DNA of 64,000 bases, taken from contig JAUVWW010000001.1 of NCBI GenBank assembly GCA_030603885.1, positions 70,716 through 134,715 of the forward strand. The letters are read 5' to 3'. The notes beneath the pieces are model-generated. The model did not search any database, had not been told where the DNA came from, and saw only the letters and a program-made list of their open reading frames with translations. The translations under genes and the position numbers were made by a program. The DNA comes from a bacterium (GTDB lineage Bacteria; Patescibacteriota; JABMPQ01; JAUVWW01). Each line of letters opens with the position of its first letter. Positions within the stretch are counted from its first letter, which is position 1. This document shows positions 1 to 9,956 of this stretch, piece after piece.

Positions 1-19
1 CCAGGAAAGGAAAAAATCA

Positions 20-409
20 ATGGCAAGAATAGCCGGGGTAGAAATACCTCAAGACAAACAAATATGGATTGCTTTAACCTATATTTATGGCATAGGGAGT
101 ACTTTGAGTTCTAAAATTTTAAGAGAAAAAGGGATAGACCCCAAAAGACGGACCAAAGATTTGACCGAAGAGGAGCTTTCTAATTTAAGAGAAATTATTG
201 AAAAAAACCATAAGGTAGAAGGAGAGCTAAGACGAGCCAGGATGCTTGATATTAAAAGACTTAAAGAAATTGGAAGTTGGAGAGGTACAAGACATGCTAA
301 AGGGTTACCTGTGAGGGGGCAGCGGACCCGAACTAACTCAAGAACTGTCAGAGGTAATGTAAGAAGAACAGCAGGTTCAGGTAAAAGAACAGCACCCGAG
401 AAAACCTAA
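20..409 (+). CDS. rpsM: 30S ribosomal protein S13
   Basis: N-terminal [10 protein letters not shown]..., GIG motif and basic C-terminal tail typical of S13. Sits at the head of the S13-S11-S4-rpoA-L17 order. Confidence 0.93.
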   Translation: MARIAGVEIPQDKQIWIALTYIYGIGSTLSSKILREKGIDPKRRTKDLTEEELSNLREIIEKNHKVEGELRRARMLDIKRLKEIGSWRGTRHAKGLPVRGQRTRTNSRTVRGNVRRTAGSGKRTAPEKT

Positions 410-437
410 TTTAGGTACCTAATCAACTATAGTATCC

Positions 438-863
438 ATGGGAAAAAAACGCATTAAAAAAATTGAAGCAGAGAAGATAGAGATTAAAGCCAAGAAAAAG
501 AAAAAGATAGAACATAAGTTAACCAAAGGTAAAGCTTATATTCAATCTACTTATAATAATACTTTGATTACTATCACTGACATGGCAGGAAATGTCATTG
601 TTTGGTCTTCTGCAGGATCGATTGGATTTAAAGGTCCCAAAAAGGCTACCCCTTATGCTGCCTCATTGGTGGCTAAAAATATTGCAGAGAAGGTAAAGGA
701 TACAGGTCTTAAAGAGATAGATGTATATGTAAAAGGTATTGGTTCGGGTCGAGAATCAGCTATTAGAGCTTTGAATAATGAGGGTCTCTCAGTTATTTCT
801 ATAAAAGATGTTACTCCCATTCCTCACAATGGCTGTCGAGCGAGGAAAGTAAGACGAGTCTAG
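438..863 (+). CDS. rpsK: 30S ribosomal protein S11
   Basis: Conserved S11 core ([16 protein letters not shown]...[13 protein letters not shown]...[13 protein letters not shown]) with a Lys-rich N-terminal extension. Confidence 0.93.
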   Translation: MGKKRIKKIEAEKIEIKAKKKKKIEHKLTKGKAYIQSTYNNTLITITDMAGNVIVWSSAGSIGFKGPKKATPYAASLVAKNIAEKVKDTGLKEIDVYVKGIGSGRESAIRALNNEGLSVISIKDVTPIPHNGCRARKVRRV

Positions 864-886
864 TGTCAATATAACCTCATGTTATT

Positions 887-1507
887 ATGAAAATAAATGC
901 CGTATGTAGACAATGTAGACGAGCGGGTGTGAAGCTTTTTTTGAAAGGAGAAAAATGCTTCTCTGCTAAGTGTCCTATGGTAAAAAGAAAATATCCTCCT
1001 GGCGTTCATGGTCCAAAGGGCCCAGTGAGGCTAAGTGAATTCGGGATTCAGCTTCGAGAAAAACAAAAAGCTAAGAAGATTTATGGAATAAGAGAAAAAC
1101 AGTTTAGAAAATATTATGAGCATGTTTCTAAAAGAGACCAGCCAGGAGAGGAATTAATTAGACTTCTTGAGTCTAGATTGGATAATGTAGTTTTTAGATT
1201 AGGTTTTGCTACCTCAAGACATCAGGCAAGACAGAGTGTGAGCCATAGTCATATTAAAGTTAACAAACGAAAAGTAAATATCCCTTCATATCAAGTTAAA
1301 GTAGGAGATACTATAGAAGTTAAGCAAGAAAGTAGAAAGAAAGCTTTTTTTATTAATTTAACTAAGAAATTAGCCAAACTGAAACCTCCCTCCTGGCTAA
1401 CTGTTGATCCCAAGAATCTTTTAGGAGAAGTTACATCAACTCCTACTTCAAAAGAACTTGAGCAGAGTATTGACACCAGCCTTATTATAGAGTTTTATTC
1501 AAGATAA
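887..1507 (+). CDS. rpsD: 30S ribosomal protein S4
   Basis: N-terminal Cys cluster (CRQCRR...CFSAKC), an S4 RNA-binding domain, and the conserved alpha-operon position. Confidence 0.92.
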   Translation: MKINAVCRQCRRAGVKLFLKGEKCFSAKCPMVKRKYPPGVHGPKGPVRLSEFGIQLREKQKAKKIYGIREKQFRKYYEHVSKRDQPGEELIRLLESRLDNVVFRLGFATSRHQARQSVSHSHIKVNKRKVNIPSYQVKVGDTIEVKQESRKKAFFINLTKKLAKLKPPSWLTVDPKNLLGEVTSTPTSKELEQSIDTSLIIEFYSR

Positions 1508-1599
1508 TAATACACTAATCAAACACTAGTTCTATCACGAATCACACTAATTCGTATAATTAGTGGGAAAATTCGTGATTGATTAGTGAATCAAAATTC

Positions 1600-2535
1600 A
1601 TGGAGGAAATCTCATTGCCTAAGAACGTCGAAGTAAAAAAAGAAAAGGATAACCAGGCTACAATTGTAATTGAACCTTGTTATCCAGGCTATGGCACAAC
1701 AATAGGTAATGCCCTAAGAAGAGTGCTACTTTCTTCTTTGTCAGGGGCAGCAGTAACATCTATTAAAATAAAAGGAGCAGGGCATGAATTTTCTACTATC
1801 CCTCACATAAAAGAGGATATAATGGAAATCGTCCTCAATCTTAAAAATTTAAGGCTAAAAATACATACAAAAGAACCAGTAAAACTTCATTTGCTTAGCA
1901 AAGGCGAAAAGAAAATTTTAGCCAAGGATATAAAAGTCCCAAGCCAATGCGAAATTGTTAATCCTAGTCTTCTTATAGCTACAGCCACTCATAAAGATGC
2001 TGTATTAGATATGGAGATTGAAGCTAATCAGGGTAGAGGTTATGTGCCCGTAGAACAAAAAGAAAAAGAGGTTGAGGTAGGAAAGATTTTAGTAGATTCT
2101 ATTTTTACCCCGGTCTTAAAAGTAGGATATCAAGTTGAAAATGTTAGAGTCGGAAAAAGAACAGATTTTGATAAATTAATCTTGGATATTACTACCGATG
2201 GTACGCTAACGCCAGCTGAAGCTTTAGCACAGGTCTCTAAAATATTAATAGATCAGTTCTCTTTTATCTTCTCTAGCACTAAGCCCAAAGAGGTTCCCAA
2301 AGAAAGGAAAGAAGTTATTAAGGCAAAACCTAAAGAAGTCCCAGAGGCTACCCCCATTAAAGAGCTGAAACTTTCTACTCATACTTTCAATGTTCTAACA
2401 AAAGCTAAAATCGTCAGCGCAGGTGAGGTTGTAAAATTAACCGAAAAAGAATTGCTTGCACTTGAAGGACTCGGGAAGACAGCCTTGAAAGAGTTAAGAA
2501 AAGAGTTAAAAAAGTTGGGGCTGGAAATTAAGTAA
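1600..2535 (+). CDS. rpoA: DNA-directed RNA polymerase subunit alpha
   Basis: IEPCYPGYGTTIGNALRRVLLSS motif and a C-terminal alphaCTD-like region. The ORF track starts at a TTG at 1579; I prefer the ATG at 1600 (MEEISLPK...) but the start is uncertain. Confidence 0.88.
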   Translation: MEEISLPKNVEVKKEKDNQATIVIEPCYPGYGTTIGNALRRVLLSSLSGAAVTSIKIKGAGHEFSTIPHIKEDIMEIVLNLKNLRLKIHTKEPVKLHLLSKGEKKILAKDIKVPSQCEIVNPSLLIATATHKDAVLDMEIEANQGRGYVPVEQKEKEVEVGKILVDSIFTPVLKVGYQVENVRVGKRTDFDKLILDITTDGTLTPAEALAQVSKILIDQFSFIFSSTKPKEVPKERKEVIKAKPKEVPEATPIKELKLSTHTFNVLTKAKIVSAGEVVKLTEKELLALEGLGKTALKELRKELKKLGLEIK

Positions 2536-2541
2536 GTCTAA

Positions 2542-2892
2542 ATGACCCATCGTAAAAAGGAAAGAAAATTAGGTAGAAAAATAGGGCCGAGAAAAGCATT
2601 AGCCAAAAATCTCATCACATCGTTAATTTTGCATAATAAGATTAAAACTACCAAAGCTAAGGCTAAGTTTATCCAACCTAAAGTTGAAAGGATTATTACT
2701 ATAGCTAAAAAAAAGACCCTTGCTTCGAAGAGGCGCATTCACGCATTATTAGTTAGTAAAAAAGCAGAAAAGAAAATTATTAGCGAGTTGGTTGAGAAAT
2801 ACAAGGAGAGAAAGAGTGGTTTTACTAGAATTTTGAAAATTGGAAGAAGAAAAGGCGATGGGGCAGAGATGGTGCAGATAGAGTTTGTATAA
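2542..2892 (+). CDS. rplQ: 50S ribosomal protein L17
   Basis: MTHRKKERKLGR...LILHNKIKTT signature. It follows rpoA as in the canonical alpha operon. Confidence 0.92.
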   Translation: MTHRKKERKLGRKIGPRKALAKNLITSLILHNKIKTTKAKAKFIQPKVERIITIAKKKTLASKRRIHALLVSKKAEKKIISELVEKYKERKSGFTRILKIGRRKGDGAEMVQIEFV

Positions 2893-2934
2893 TCACGAAT
2901 TTAAATCAAATTTAGCCTCGAATATTCACCAATA

Positions 2935-3351
2935 ATGAGAACATATGTTCCCAAGAAAATCGAGCGCCGATGGCATCTAATTGATGCCAAGGATAAGGTA
3001 TTAGGAAGGCTAGCTGTCCAGGTAGCTACTTTACTTTCTGGGAAACATAAGCCAATCTATACTCCTAATATCGATGTAGGAGATTATGTGGTGGTTATTA
3101 ATGTTCAGGATATAAAAGTAACTGGAAAGAAATTGGAGCAAAAAAAATACTGGCGCTATACTGGCTATCCAGGAGGAATAAGAGCAAGAACTTTAAAAGA
3201 ACAAAAAGCTCAAGATCCAGCTAAAGTGATTGTCCATGCCGTAAGAGGAATGCTACCTCGAAACAGACTAAGGGAAGGAAGACTAAAGAGACTAAAAGTT
3301 TTTGTAGGAGCAGAACATCCATATAAGAAACAAATGACAAGTAAAAAGTAA
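2935..3351 (+). CDS. rplM: 50S ribosomal protein L13
   Basis: WHLIDAKDKVLGRLA...VVVINV signature; L13-S9 gene pair. Confidence 0.92.
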   Translation: MRTYVPKKIERRWHLIDAKDKVLGRLAVQVATLLSGKHKPIYTPNIDVGDYVVVINVQDIKVTGKKLEQKKYWRYTGYPGGIRARTLKEQKAQDPAKVIVHAVRGMLPRNRLREGRLKRLKVFVGAEHPYKKQMTSKK

Positions 3352-3369
3352 CAAATTGCTAATTGTTAT

Positions 3370-3819
3370 ATGCCCAAAACAATAACTAAGAAAAAAGAAG
3401 AAACTATAAAAAAAGAAATACCTAAACCAGCAGGTAAATATGTTTATGCTGTAGGTCGGAGAAAAGAATCTTCGGCCCGAGTGCGGCTTTATTCTGGAAA
3501 AGGTAGGATTACAATTAATAAAAAAGAGTATAGGCAATACTTTCCTATTTTTTATTTACAAAAGAAAGTTCTTGAGCCTCTAAGGTTAACAAAACTTCTG
3601 AATAAATTTGATATATCTATTAAAGTAACAGGTGGAGGAATCCGAGGTCAAGCCGAGGCTATAAGATTAGGAATTGCAAGATGTCTCATCAAACATGATG
3701 TTAAACTTAGACCCTCTTTAAAAGCAGCTGGCTTTCTAAAGCGTGATGCCAGAGTAAAAGAAAGAAAAAAGCCCGGTCTCAAACGTGCCCGCAAAGCTCC
3801 ACAGTGGGCTAAAAGATAA
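3370..3819 (+). CDS. rpsI: 30S ribosomal protein S9
   Basis: C-terminal GGGIRGQAEAIRLGIARCL...KRARKAPQWAKR is diagnostic of S9. Confidence 0.92.
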   Translation: MPKTITKKKEETIKKEIPKPAGKYVYAVGRRKESSARVRLYSGKGRITINKKEYRQYFPIFYLQKKVLEPLRLTKLLNKFDISIKVTGGGIRGQAEAIRLGIARCLIKHDVKLRPSLKAAGFLKRDARVKERKKPGLKRARKAPQWAKR

Positions 3820-3839
3820 ACAAGGCATATAACTATAAG

Positions 3840-5312
3840 TTAGTAAATTTTAGCTTGGTATATATTTTTTACTTTGTCTTTCTTGTCTATAAAATAAACC
3901 ACTTTTCCTTTCAATCTACAAGCCACTTTTGGATCATCAACATTTACTTTTCCTAATTCATAGACATTTCGTTTGTCTCTACCGTCAAGCTCTATTATCT
4001 TGATGGTATTTTTTACTACAAAAACAACGTGCTGGAAATCTGGATACCAGAGGCAGTCTTGGATTTTCTCTGAATAGCGGGTGATTAATTCCTGCTGAGG
4101 TTCTTCTAATTCGATATCAAAATCTTCGTCTACAAAACGTAACACAAAAATCTCATAATCATTTTGATAAAGTAATTTATGTTGTAAGGAATCCCACATT
4201 ACCTTTTGTGTTTTGTCTGAAATTTTTTGTAATTTATCTTCTTTATTTAAAATGTACAAAGCCTGGTCTTTTCCCAATCTTAAGACAACCCTTTTTTTGC
4301 CAGCTAGAATTTCACAGGATTCTTCAGCGCCTAGGTCTGAAATATCCGCAATTATCTCTTCCTCTAAAGTGGCTAAGCCCTTTTTTGCAAGTTGGAATGT
4401 TGGCTTAGATTTTTCAATATTCTCAGTATCTTTCAGCGTCTCAGTAACATAATACACATCTTGGTTTATTGTAGCAAAGTCTAGGACTTGAGTAGCTAGC
4501 ACAGGAGAAAGGGTTTTTCGATCTAATTTAATGCTATAGAAATTACCTTGATTTAGCCAAAAAATCTCATTCGAATCTTTAGGATGCCATTTAACCTTTT
4601 CCATTTCAAACTTAAATAGATCTTCTAGGAAAATTATATCTTGAGGTTGATTAGTATTAATGATTACATGATAAGTTAACTGATGTGGCTTAGTTTCTTT
4701 CTCGAAAGATTTTGTCTTATATTGAACTAGCACTTTTTCCGAATCTGGGGACCATTTTATATCAGAAAAAACAAGTCCTTCTAGGACTTTAGCAAACTCT
4801 TCTTTTGATTTTGGAAAAAGTTTTGAGGAGTTATGTGATGCTACATCTAGAAGCCAGATGCCTGCCTCTTCCCCACTGGTGATGGTATAGGCTATTTTCT
4901 TAGCATTAGGAGATAATACGTATTGATCAATTCCAGAATTGATAATTTGTGTCACCTCTGGCTCAGAGAGGAATAGCCTAGCATGTTTTATAGGGGTAGC
5001 TACTCTAAGTTCGACTGTTAACTTTTTCTCCCAAATACTATAACCCTCTTTTTGTAGTTTAACTACATAATCTCTAGGCACAAGATCTCTTATTCTGGCA
5101 TAGGTTCGTCTTGCTTTCAATTTGTCATTAACAAATATATTGACAGTCCTGGGTATGCATTTAACTGTGATCATACCCATCTGAGTTATCCTTTTTTGCT
5201 CAAAATCCCAGCGGAAGCCTGTAGCATAAAGAACTATCAAGGGAGCAATAATAAGAAAAGCAATTATAGCTAGGAAAAAGAGGAGTCTTCTGATGTGTAT
5301 ATTTATGGGCAT
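3840..5312 (-). CDS. hypothetical membrane-anchored protein with a PEGA-like domain and a TolB/WD40-like beta-propeller region
   Basis: N-terminal TM helix (LLFFLAIIAFLIIAPLIVLY). A PEGA-like segment (KCIPRTVNIFVND...RDYVVKLQKEGYS). The downstream propeller-like repeats (IKWSPDSEKVLVQY) are a weak call. Confidence 0.5.
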   Translation of the reverse strand: MPINIHIRRLLFFLAIIAFLIIAPLIVLYATGFRWDFEQKRITQMGMITVKCIPRTVNIFVNDKLKARRTYARIRDLVPRDYVVKLQKEGYSIWEKKLTVELRVATPIKHARLFLSEPEVTQIINSGIDQYVLSPNAKKIAYTITSGEEAGIWLLDVASHNSSKLFPKSKEEFAKVLEGLVFSDIKWSPDSEKVLVQYKTKSFEKETKPHQLTYHVIINTNQPQDIIFLEDLFKFEMEKVKWHPKDSNEIFWLNQGNFYSIKLDRKTLSPVLATQVLDFATINQDVYYVTETLKDTENIEKSKPTFQLAKKGLATLEEEIIADISDLGAEESCEILAGKKRVVLRLGKDQALYILNKEDKLQKISDKTQKVMWDSLQHKLLYQNDYEIFVLRFVDEDFDIELEEPQQELITRYSEKIQDCLWYPDFQHVVFVVKNTIKIIELDGRDKRNVYELGKVNVDDPKVACRLKGKVVYFIDKKDKVKNIYQAKIY

Positions 5313-5436
5313 AGCAAAGAATTTAGAATTTAGAACTAAGAATTAAAACTAGTATAAGTATGTTATCATATTTGTCGATTCTGTAAAGGTTTGCAAATTT
5401 TTTTTAGATGAGATACTATATATTAAAGTTATAATT

Positions 5437-6702
5437 TTGCTTTCTATGGAGAAATTCATTATTCAAGGAAAAAACCTACTTAAAGGAGAAATTTCTGTAT
5501 CTGGAGCCAAAAATTCGGCCCTAAAGTTACTTGCTGCTTCTATTTTAATCCCTGAAGAATGTAGAATTACTAATGTGCCGGATATTGCTGATATTAGGGT
5601 AATGGTTGATATACTTAAGGATCTTGGGGCTGAGGTAAGGCAGAAAAATACTCACGAATATATTATAAATACTAAGAATGTTAAAAAGACAGAGATTAAC
5701 CCGGATTTAGCTGCAAGACTTCGTTCTTCTATTATGCTGGTTACTCCTTTACTGGCTCGTTTTGGAGAAGTGAAATTTCCTTATCCCGGAGGATGTATTA
5801 TTGGAAAAAGGCCTATTGATATATTTCTAGAAGGATTTAAAGCTTTTGGAGCGGAAGTCGAGGAGAAAAATAGCTATTTTCATATCAAGGCAAAAAGATT
5901 AAAAGGATGTAGATTTGTTTTTCCTTGGATTGCTGTGACAGTAACAGAAAGTCTAATCATGGCAGCTATTTTGGCTGAAGGAACTACCATTTTAGAAAAC
6001 TGTGCCCAAGAGCCAGAGATTCAAGCTATGTGTGATTATTTCAATTCCTGTGGAGCAAAAATAAAAGGAGCAGGAACTTCTACTATAAAAATACAGGGAG
6101 TGAACGAAATTTCTGGTGGAACATTCCATGTCATTCCAGATAGAATAGAAACAGGGACATTTGCTGTTTTAGCGGCACTGGCTGGTGAAGGAATTAAGAT
6201 AAGTTCATGTAATCCTAAGCATCTTGAGGTTTTTTGGAAAATGTTAGGCAAAACAGGAGTAAAGCTTGACATAGAAAAAGATTTTGTCTATATTAAGAAA
6301 TCAAGTGATTTTAAGCCACTTGAGGTAAGAACTCATGAATATCCTGGTTTTGTGACAGATCTACAGTCCCCATTTACTGTTCTTTTGACTCAGGCAAATG
6401 GCTTAAGCTTAGTTCACGAGACTATTTACGAGGGGAGACTGCTTTATACAGACAAGTTAAACCGTATGGGAGCCAATATCATTATGTGTGATCCCCACAG
6501 GATAGTGATTCAAGGTCCAACTCCTTTGTATGGAGTAAAAATGGAAAGTCCAGATTTAAGAGCAGGTATGGCACTTTTGATAGCTGCTCTGACTGCCCAA
6601 GGAAAAAGCGAGATTGAGAATATTTATCAGATAGATAGGGGATACGAGAATATTGAGGAACGTTTAAAGAGGTTAGGAGCTGATATTAAAAGAGTAACTT
6701 AA
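5437..6702 (+). CDS. murA: UDP-N-acetylglucosamine 1-carboxyvinyltransferase
   Basis: EPSP-synthase-fold MurA signature (ISVSGAKNSALKLLAASIL, reactive-Cys region CIIGKRPID); length 421 aa. Confidence 0.9.
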   Translation: MLSMEKFIIQGKNLLKGEISVSGAKNSALKLLAASILIPEECRITNVPDIADIRVMVDILKDLGAEVRQKNTHEYIINTKNVKKTEINPDLAARLRSSIMLVTPLLARFGEVKFPYPGGCIIGKRPIDIFLEGFKAFGAEVEEKNSYFHIKAKRLKGCRFVFPWIAVTVTESLIMAAILAEGTTILENCAQEPEIQAMCDYFNSCGAKIKGAGTSTIKIQGVNEISGGTFHVIPDRIETGTFAVLAALAGEGIKISSCNPKHLEVFWKMLGKTGVKLDIEKDFVYIKKSSDFKPLEVRTHEYPGFVTDLQSPFTVLLTQANGLSLVHETIYEGRLLYTDKLNRMGANIIMCDPHRIVIQGPTPLYGVKMESPDLRAGMALLIAALTAQGKSEIENIYQIDRGYENIEERLKRLGADIKRVT

Positions 6703-6729
6703 TTACTAAATTACTAGATTGTTAAAATC

Positions 6730-7737
6730 ATGTTTGTTAAAAAAGTAGGCATAGACTTAGGTACTGCTAACACCCTAGTCTGTATTCCAAAAAAGGGAAT
6801 CATAATTAATGAGCCCACAGTGGTGGCTATCTCTTTGGATGATAATAAAATTTTAGCTGTAGGTATAGAAGCAAAAGAGATGTTGGGCCGAACCCCAGAA
6901 ACTATTGTAGCTTCTCGACCTATGAAAGATGGGGTTATTGCTGATTATAGAATTACAGAGGCTATGCTTAGATATTTTATAGGAAAAGCTTTGGGAAACG
7001 TAAGATTTTTTAGACCTGAGGTTATGGTTTCTGTTCCAGCTGGAATTACTTCTACAGAAAGAAGAGCAGTTATTGATGCCACTATGCAAGCAGGAGCCAG
7101 AGCTGCCTATATCATAAAAGAACCAGTGGCAGCTGCTATTGGAGCGGGAATTCCCATAGCCGAGTCTTCAGGTAATATGGTTATCGATATTGGAGGAGGG
7201 ACAACAGAGGTAGCAGTTATTTCTTTGGGTGGAGTTGTAGCCTGTGATTCAGCCAGATGCGCAGGAAATAAACTAGATCAGGCTATTGCTGAATATATCC
7301 GTAAAAAACATGGTCTAGCTATTGGAGAGCGAACTGCGGAAGACATTAAAATAAAGATTGGCTCAGCCTTGCCTCTGGAAAAGGAAGGGACCATGGAGAT
7401 TAAAGGTCGAGATATGGTGGCTGGCTTACCTAAAACTATTTCCATCACATCTAATGAAGTAACAGAGGCTATGCAAGAAAACTTGAGGACTATTATTCAG
7501 GTAGTAAAGAACGTCTTACAGGAAACCCCTCCCGAGCTATCAGCCGATGTGATTAATAAAGGAATGGTTTTAACTGGAGGTGGGGGGTTATTGAAAAATT
7601 TAGATAAGTTAATGACTAAAATAACCGGAGTTCCTTGCTATGTAGCCGATGATGCTCTTTTGTGTGTAGCTAAAGGGACGGTAATTGCCTTAGAACATTT
7701 AGATTCATATAAGAGGAGTGTACTTTCGACGAAGTGA
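6730..7737 (+). CDS. mreB: rod shape-determining protein MreB (paralog 1)
   Basis: Actin-fold phosphate-1 motif IDLGTANTLV and the conserved MreB core (DIGGGTTEVAVISLGG). Confidence 0.9.
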   Translation: MFVKKVGIDLGTANTLVCIPKKGIIINEPTVVAISLDDNKILAVGIEAKEMLGRTPETIVASRPMKDGVIADYRITEAMLRYFIGKALGNVRFFRPEVMVSVPAGITSTERRAVIDATMQAGARAAYIIKEPVAAAIGAGIPIAESSGNMVIDIGGGTTEVAVISLGGVVACDSARCAGNKLDQAIAEYIRKKHGLAIGERTAEDIKIKIGSALPLEKEGTMEIKGRDMVAGLPKTISITSNEVTEAMQENLRTIIQVVKNVLQETPPELSADVINKGMVLTGGGGLLKNLDKLMTKITGVPCYVADDALLCVAKGTVIALEHLDSYKRSVLSTK

Positions 7738-7793
7738 CATCCAACATCCAAACATAGTGTTTTAAATGTTTAGATGCTTAAATGTTTAAATGA

Positions 7794-8885
7794 ATGACAA
7801 TTGGTATCGATGCATCAAGAGCTTCAATTAGGCAAAAAACAGGGACAGAAGTTTACTCTTATAACCTGATTAAACACTTAGCTAAGTGTGACCATAAAAA
7901 CCAATATATTCTCTATACTAATCGAGCCTTAAAGTTCGATTTTTTATTACCTAAAAATTTCAAGGTTAAAGTATTACCTTTTCTGAGATTTTGGACACAG
8001 ATCCGGCTAGCCTGGGAAATGCTGATTAGGCAGCCAGACATACTCTTTATCCCTGCCCATACTATTCCCTGGATCCATCCCAAAAATACAGTAGTTACCA
8101 TCCATGGCCTGGAATATGAACATTTTCCAGAAGCTTACTCAGGGTTTGATCTTTGGCATCTAAGAAAATCTACAAGACTAGCCTCAAAGTGGGCAAAAAA
8201 GATTATTACTATATCTAAGAATACTAAAAAAGATTTAATTAAGTTTTATGGAGTGAAGGATGAACAGGTGAAAGTGGTACATCTTGGTTATCAGAAGTAT
8301 GAGGTACGAAGTAAGAAGTATGGAGTAGCGGAAACCCTCAGGTTTCCGAAGCCTTATCTTTTATTTATTGGTCGTCTTGAGAAACGCAAAAATTTAGTTC
8401 GACTAGTCAAAGCTTTTGCTCGATTGAAAAATAATAAGAAAATTGTTCATAAATTAGTTCTGGCAGGCAAGCCCGGCTATGGATACGAACAAATAAAGTG
8501 TTCAATAAAGGATTTGGATTTAGAGAAGGATGTCATTTTGCCAGGCTATATTTCAGACAAGGATCTGCCTTACTTAATAAAAGGTGCAGATGTTTTTGTC
8601 TATCCATCTCTATACGAAGGATTTGGCATGCCTATTTTGGAAGCCATGAATTTAGGAGTGCCAGTGGTGACTTCTAATACTTCAGCCCTGCCAGAGATAG
8701 CAGGAGAGGCGGCGTTGTTAGTTGATCCAAAAAGTCCAGATGAAATTGCCAAAGCAATATATAAGTTGATTGAGGATGAAGATTTTAAAGATAGGCTAGT
8801 AAGAAAAGGGCTTAAACAAGCCAAAAAGTTCTCTTGGGAGAAATGTGCTAAGGAGACATTGACAGTTTTAGAATCTCTGAGATAA
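7794..8885 (+). CDS. glycosyltransferase family 4 (GT-B, retaining)
   Basis: C-terminal E-x7-E region: YPSLYEGFGMPILEAMNLGVPVVTS. Confidence 0.8.
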   Translation: MTIGIDASRASIRQKTGTEVYSYNLIKHLAKCDHKNQYILYTNRALKFDFLLPKNFKVKVLPFLRFWTQIRLAWEMLIRQPDILFIPAHTIPWIHPKNTVVTIHGLEYEHFPEAYSGFDLWHLRKSTRLASKWAKKIITISKNTKKDLIKFYGVKDEQVKVVHLGYQKYEVRSKKYGVAETLRFPKPYLLFIGRLEKRKNLVRLVKAFARLKNNKKIVHKLVLAGKPGYGYEQIKCSIKDLDLEKDVILPGYISDKDLPYLIKGADVFVYPSLYEGFGMPILEAMNLGVPVVTSNTSALPEIAGEAALLVDPKSPDEIAKAIYKLIEDEDFKDRLVRKGLKQAKKFSWEKCAKETLTVLESLR

Positions 8886-8966
8886 GAAGATTCATCTGAG
8901 ATTTGTCAGGTAAGCTTAGATATGCTAAACTGACACCGAAGGATTTCGTAACTAAAGAATGTAAAC

Positions 8967-9929
8967 ATGGCTAATATCAAGTTCAACTGGCCCATTTGGG
9001 GGCATAAACGAATTATCAAGTCCCTGCAAAATAGCATCCTCAATGATAAATTAACTCATGCTTATTTGTTTTCTGGTCCTCCTCAGATAGGAAAAATGAC
9101 AGTGGCTCGATATTTTTTAAAATCTATTCAATGCCAAGGTAATATGAGACCTTGCCAAAAATGTGAATCTTGTCTCAGTATAGAAAGAAACACCCATCTA
9201 GATACTGTGATAATAGACCACGAAAATTCCATCAAAATTGAAGATATGCGAGAGCTCCAGCATAAGTTTAGTCTTAAACATCAGGTGGGATATAAAATTG
9301 CTCTTATAAATAATGCTGAAAATATGACAGAGGAGGCAGCCAATTCTATCTTGAAGTTTCTTGAAGAACCCAAAGGCAAAGCTGTAATTATTCTAATCAC
9401 AGAAGCTAAACAAGCACTTCTTCCTACTATTATTTCAAGATGCCAAATCATTAAATTTCTACCTGTTCCCATTGATATTATAAAGAAAGAGTTGTATAAT
9501 TTAAGCAAAGATAAGCAAAAAGCGAGTGAAATTTCCTCTTTGTCTTTAGGGAGACCTGGTTTGGCTAGAGCTTTATTAGAGAGTCCAGAGATTATTAAGA
9601 AACAACAAAAGTTAGTTAGTCAACTAGAAAGGTTGTACTCTGCCAGATTGCTGGATAGGGTTAATTTCGTAGCTAAAGTAGCCAAAGACAAAGCTCTAAT
9701 TTCCGAAATTCTAGATACCTGGCTTGCTTACTTTAGAGATTCGTTATTAGCTCTCCTGAGGCAAGGAGACCTAAGTATGAGGCAATCGAAAGAAAGATTT
9801 CCTAAACCTAAGAAGTATTCCAAGAAAGAGATTTTAAGGTTAATTAAGCAAATATACCAAACTAAGCTTTTGCTGTCTTGGAATGTAAATCCTAGATTGG
9901 CTTTAGAGAATCTAGTTATTTCATTCTAA
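8967..9929 (+). CDS. holB: DNA polymerase III subunit delta'
   Basis: HAYLFSGPPQIGKMT P-loop-like motif, a C-x2-C...C-x2-C zinc module and an SRC-like motif (ISRCQII). Confidence 0.8.
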   Translation: MANIKFNWPIWGHKRIIKSLQNSILNDKLTHAYLFSGPPQIGKMTVARYFLKSIQCQGNMRPCQKCESCLSIERNTHLDTVIIDHENSIKIEDMRELQHKFSLKHQVGYKIALINNAENMTEEAANSILKFLEEPKGKAVIILITEAKQALLPTIISRCQIIKFLPVPIDIIKKELYNLSKDKQKASEISSLSLGRPGLARALLESPEIIKKQQKLVSQLERLYSARLLDRVNFVAKVAKDKALISEILDTWLAYFRDSLLALLRQGDLSMRQSKERFPKPKKYSKKEILRLIKQIYQTKLLLSWNVNPRLALENLVISF

Positions 9930-9956
9930 TAAAATAACAAAATAACAATTTATTCT

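Noticed and set aside
1291-1476. Short antisense and overlapping ORFs from the six-frame track inside confidently assigned genes (e.g. 1291-1476-, 2538-2738-, 3292-3537-, 4208-4452+, 6036-6272-, 21167-21370-, 40643-40918+, 44340-44640 and many others)
   Set aside because: They are 60-110 aa, lie wholly within conserved genes on the other strand or frame, are low-complexity, and have no motif. They are artefacts of an AT-rich sequence.
7738-7793. CRISPR array or tRNA in short repetitive spacers (7738-7793, 15189-15218)
   Set aside because: Only two short, imperfect 11-13-nt direct repeats without spacers of regular size. No cloverleaf-compatible sequence appears in any intergenic gap.
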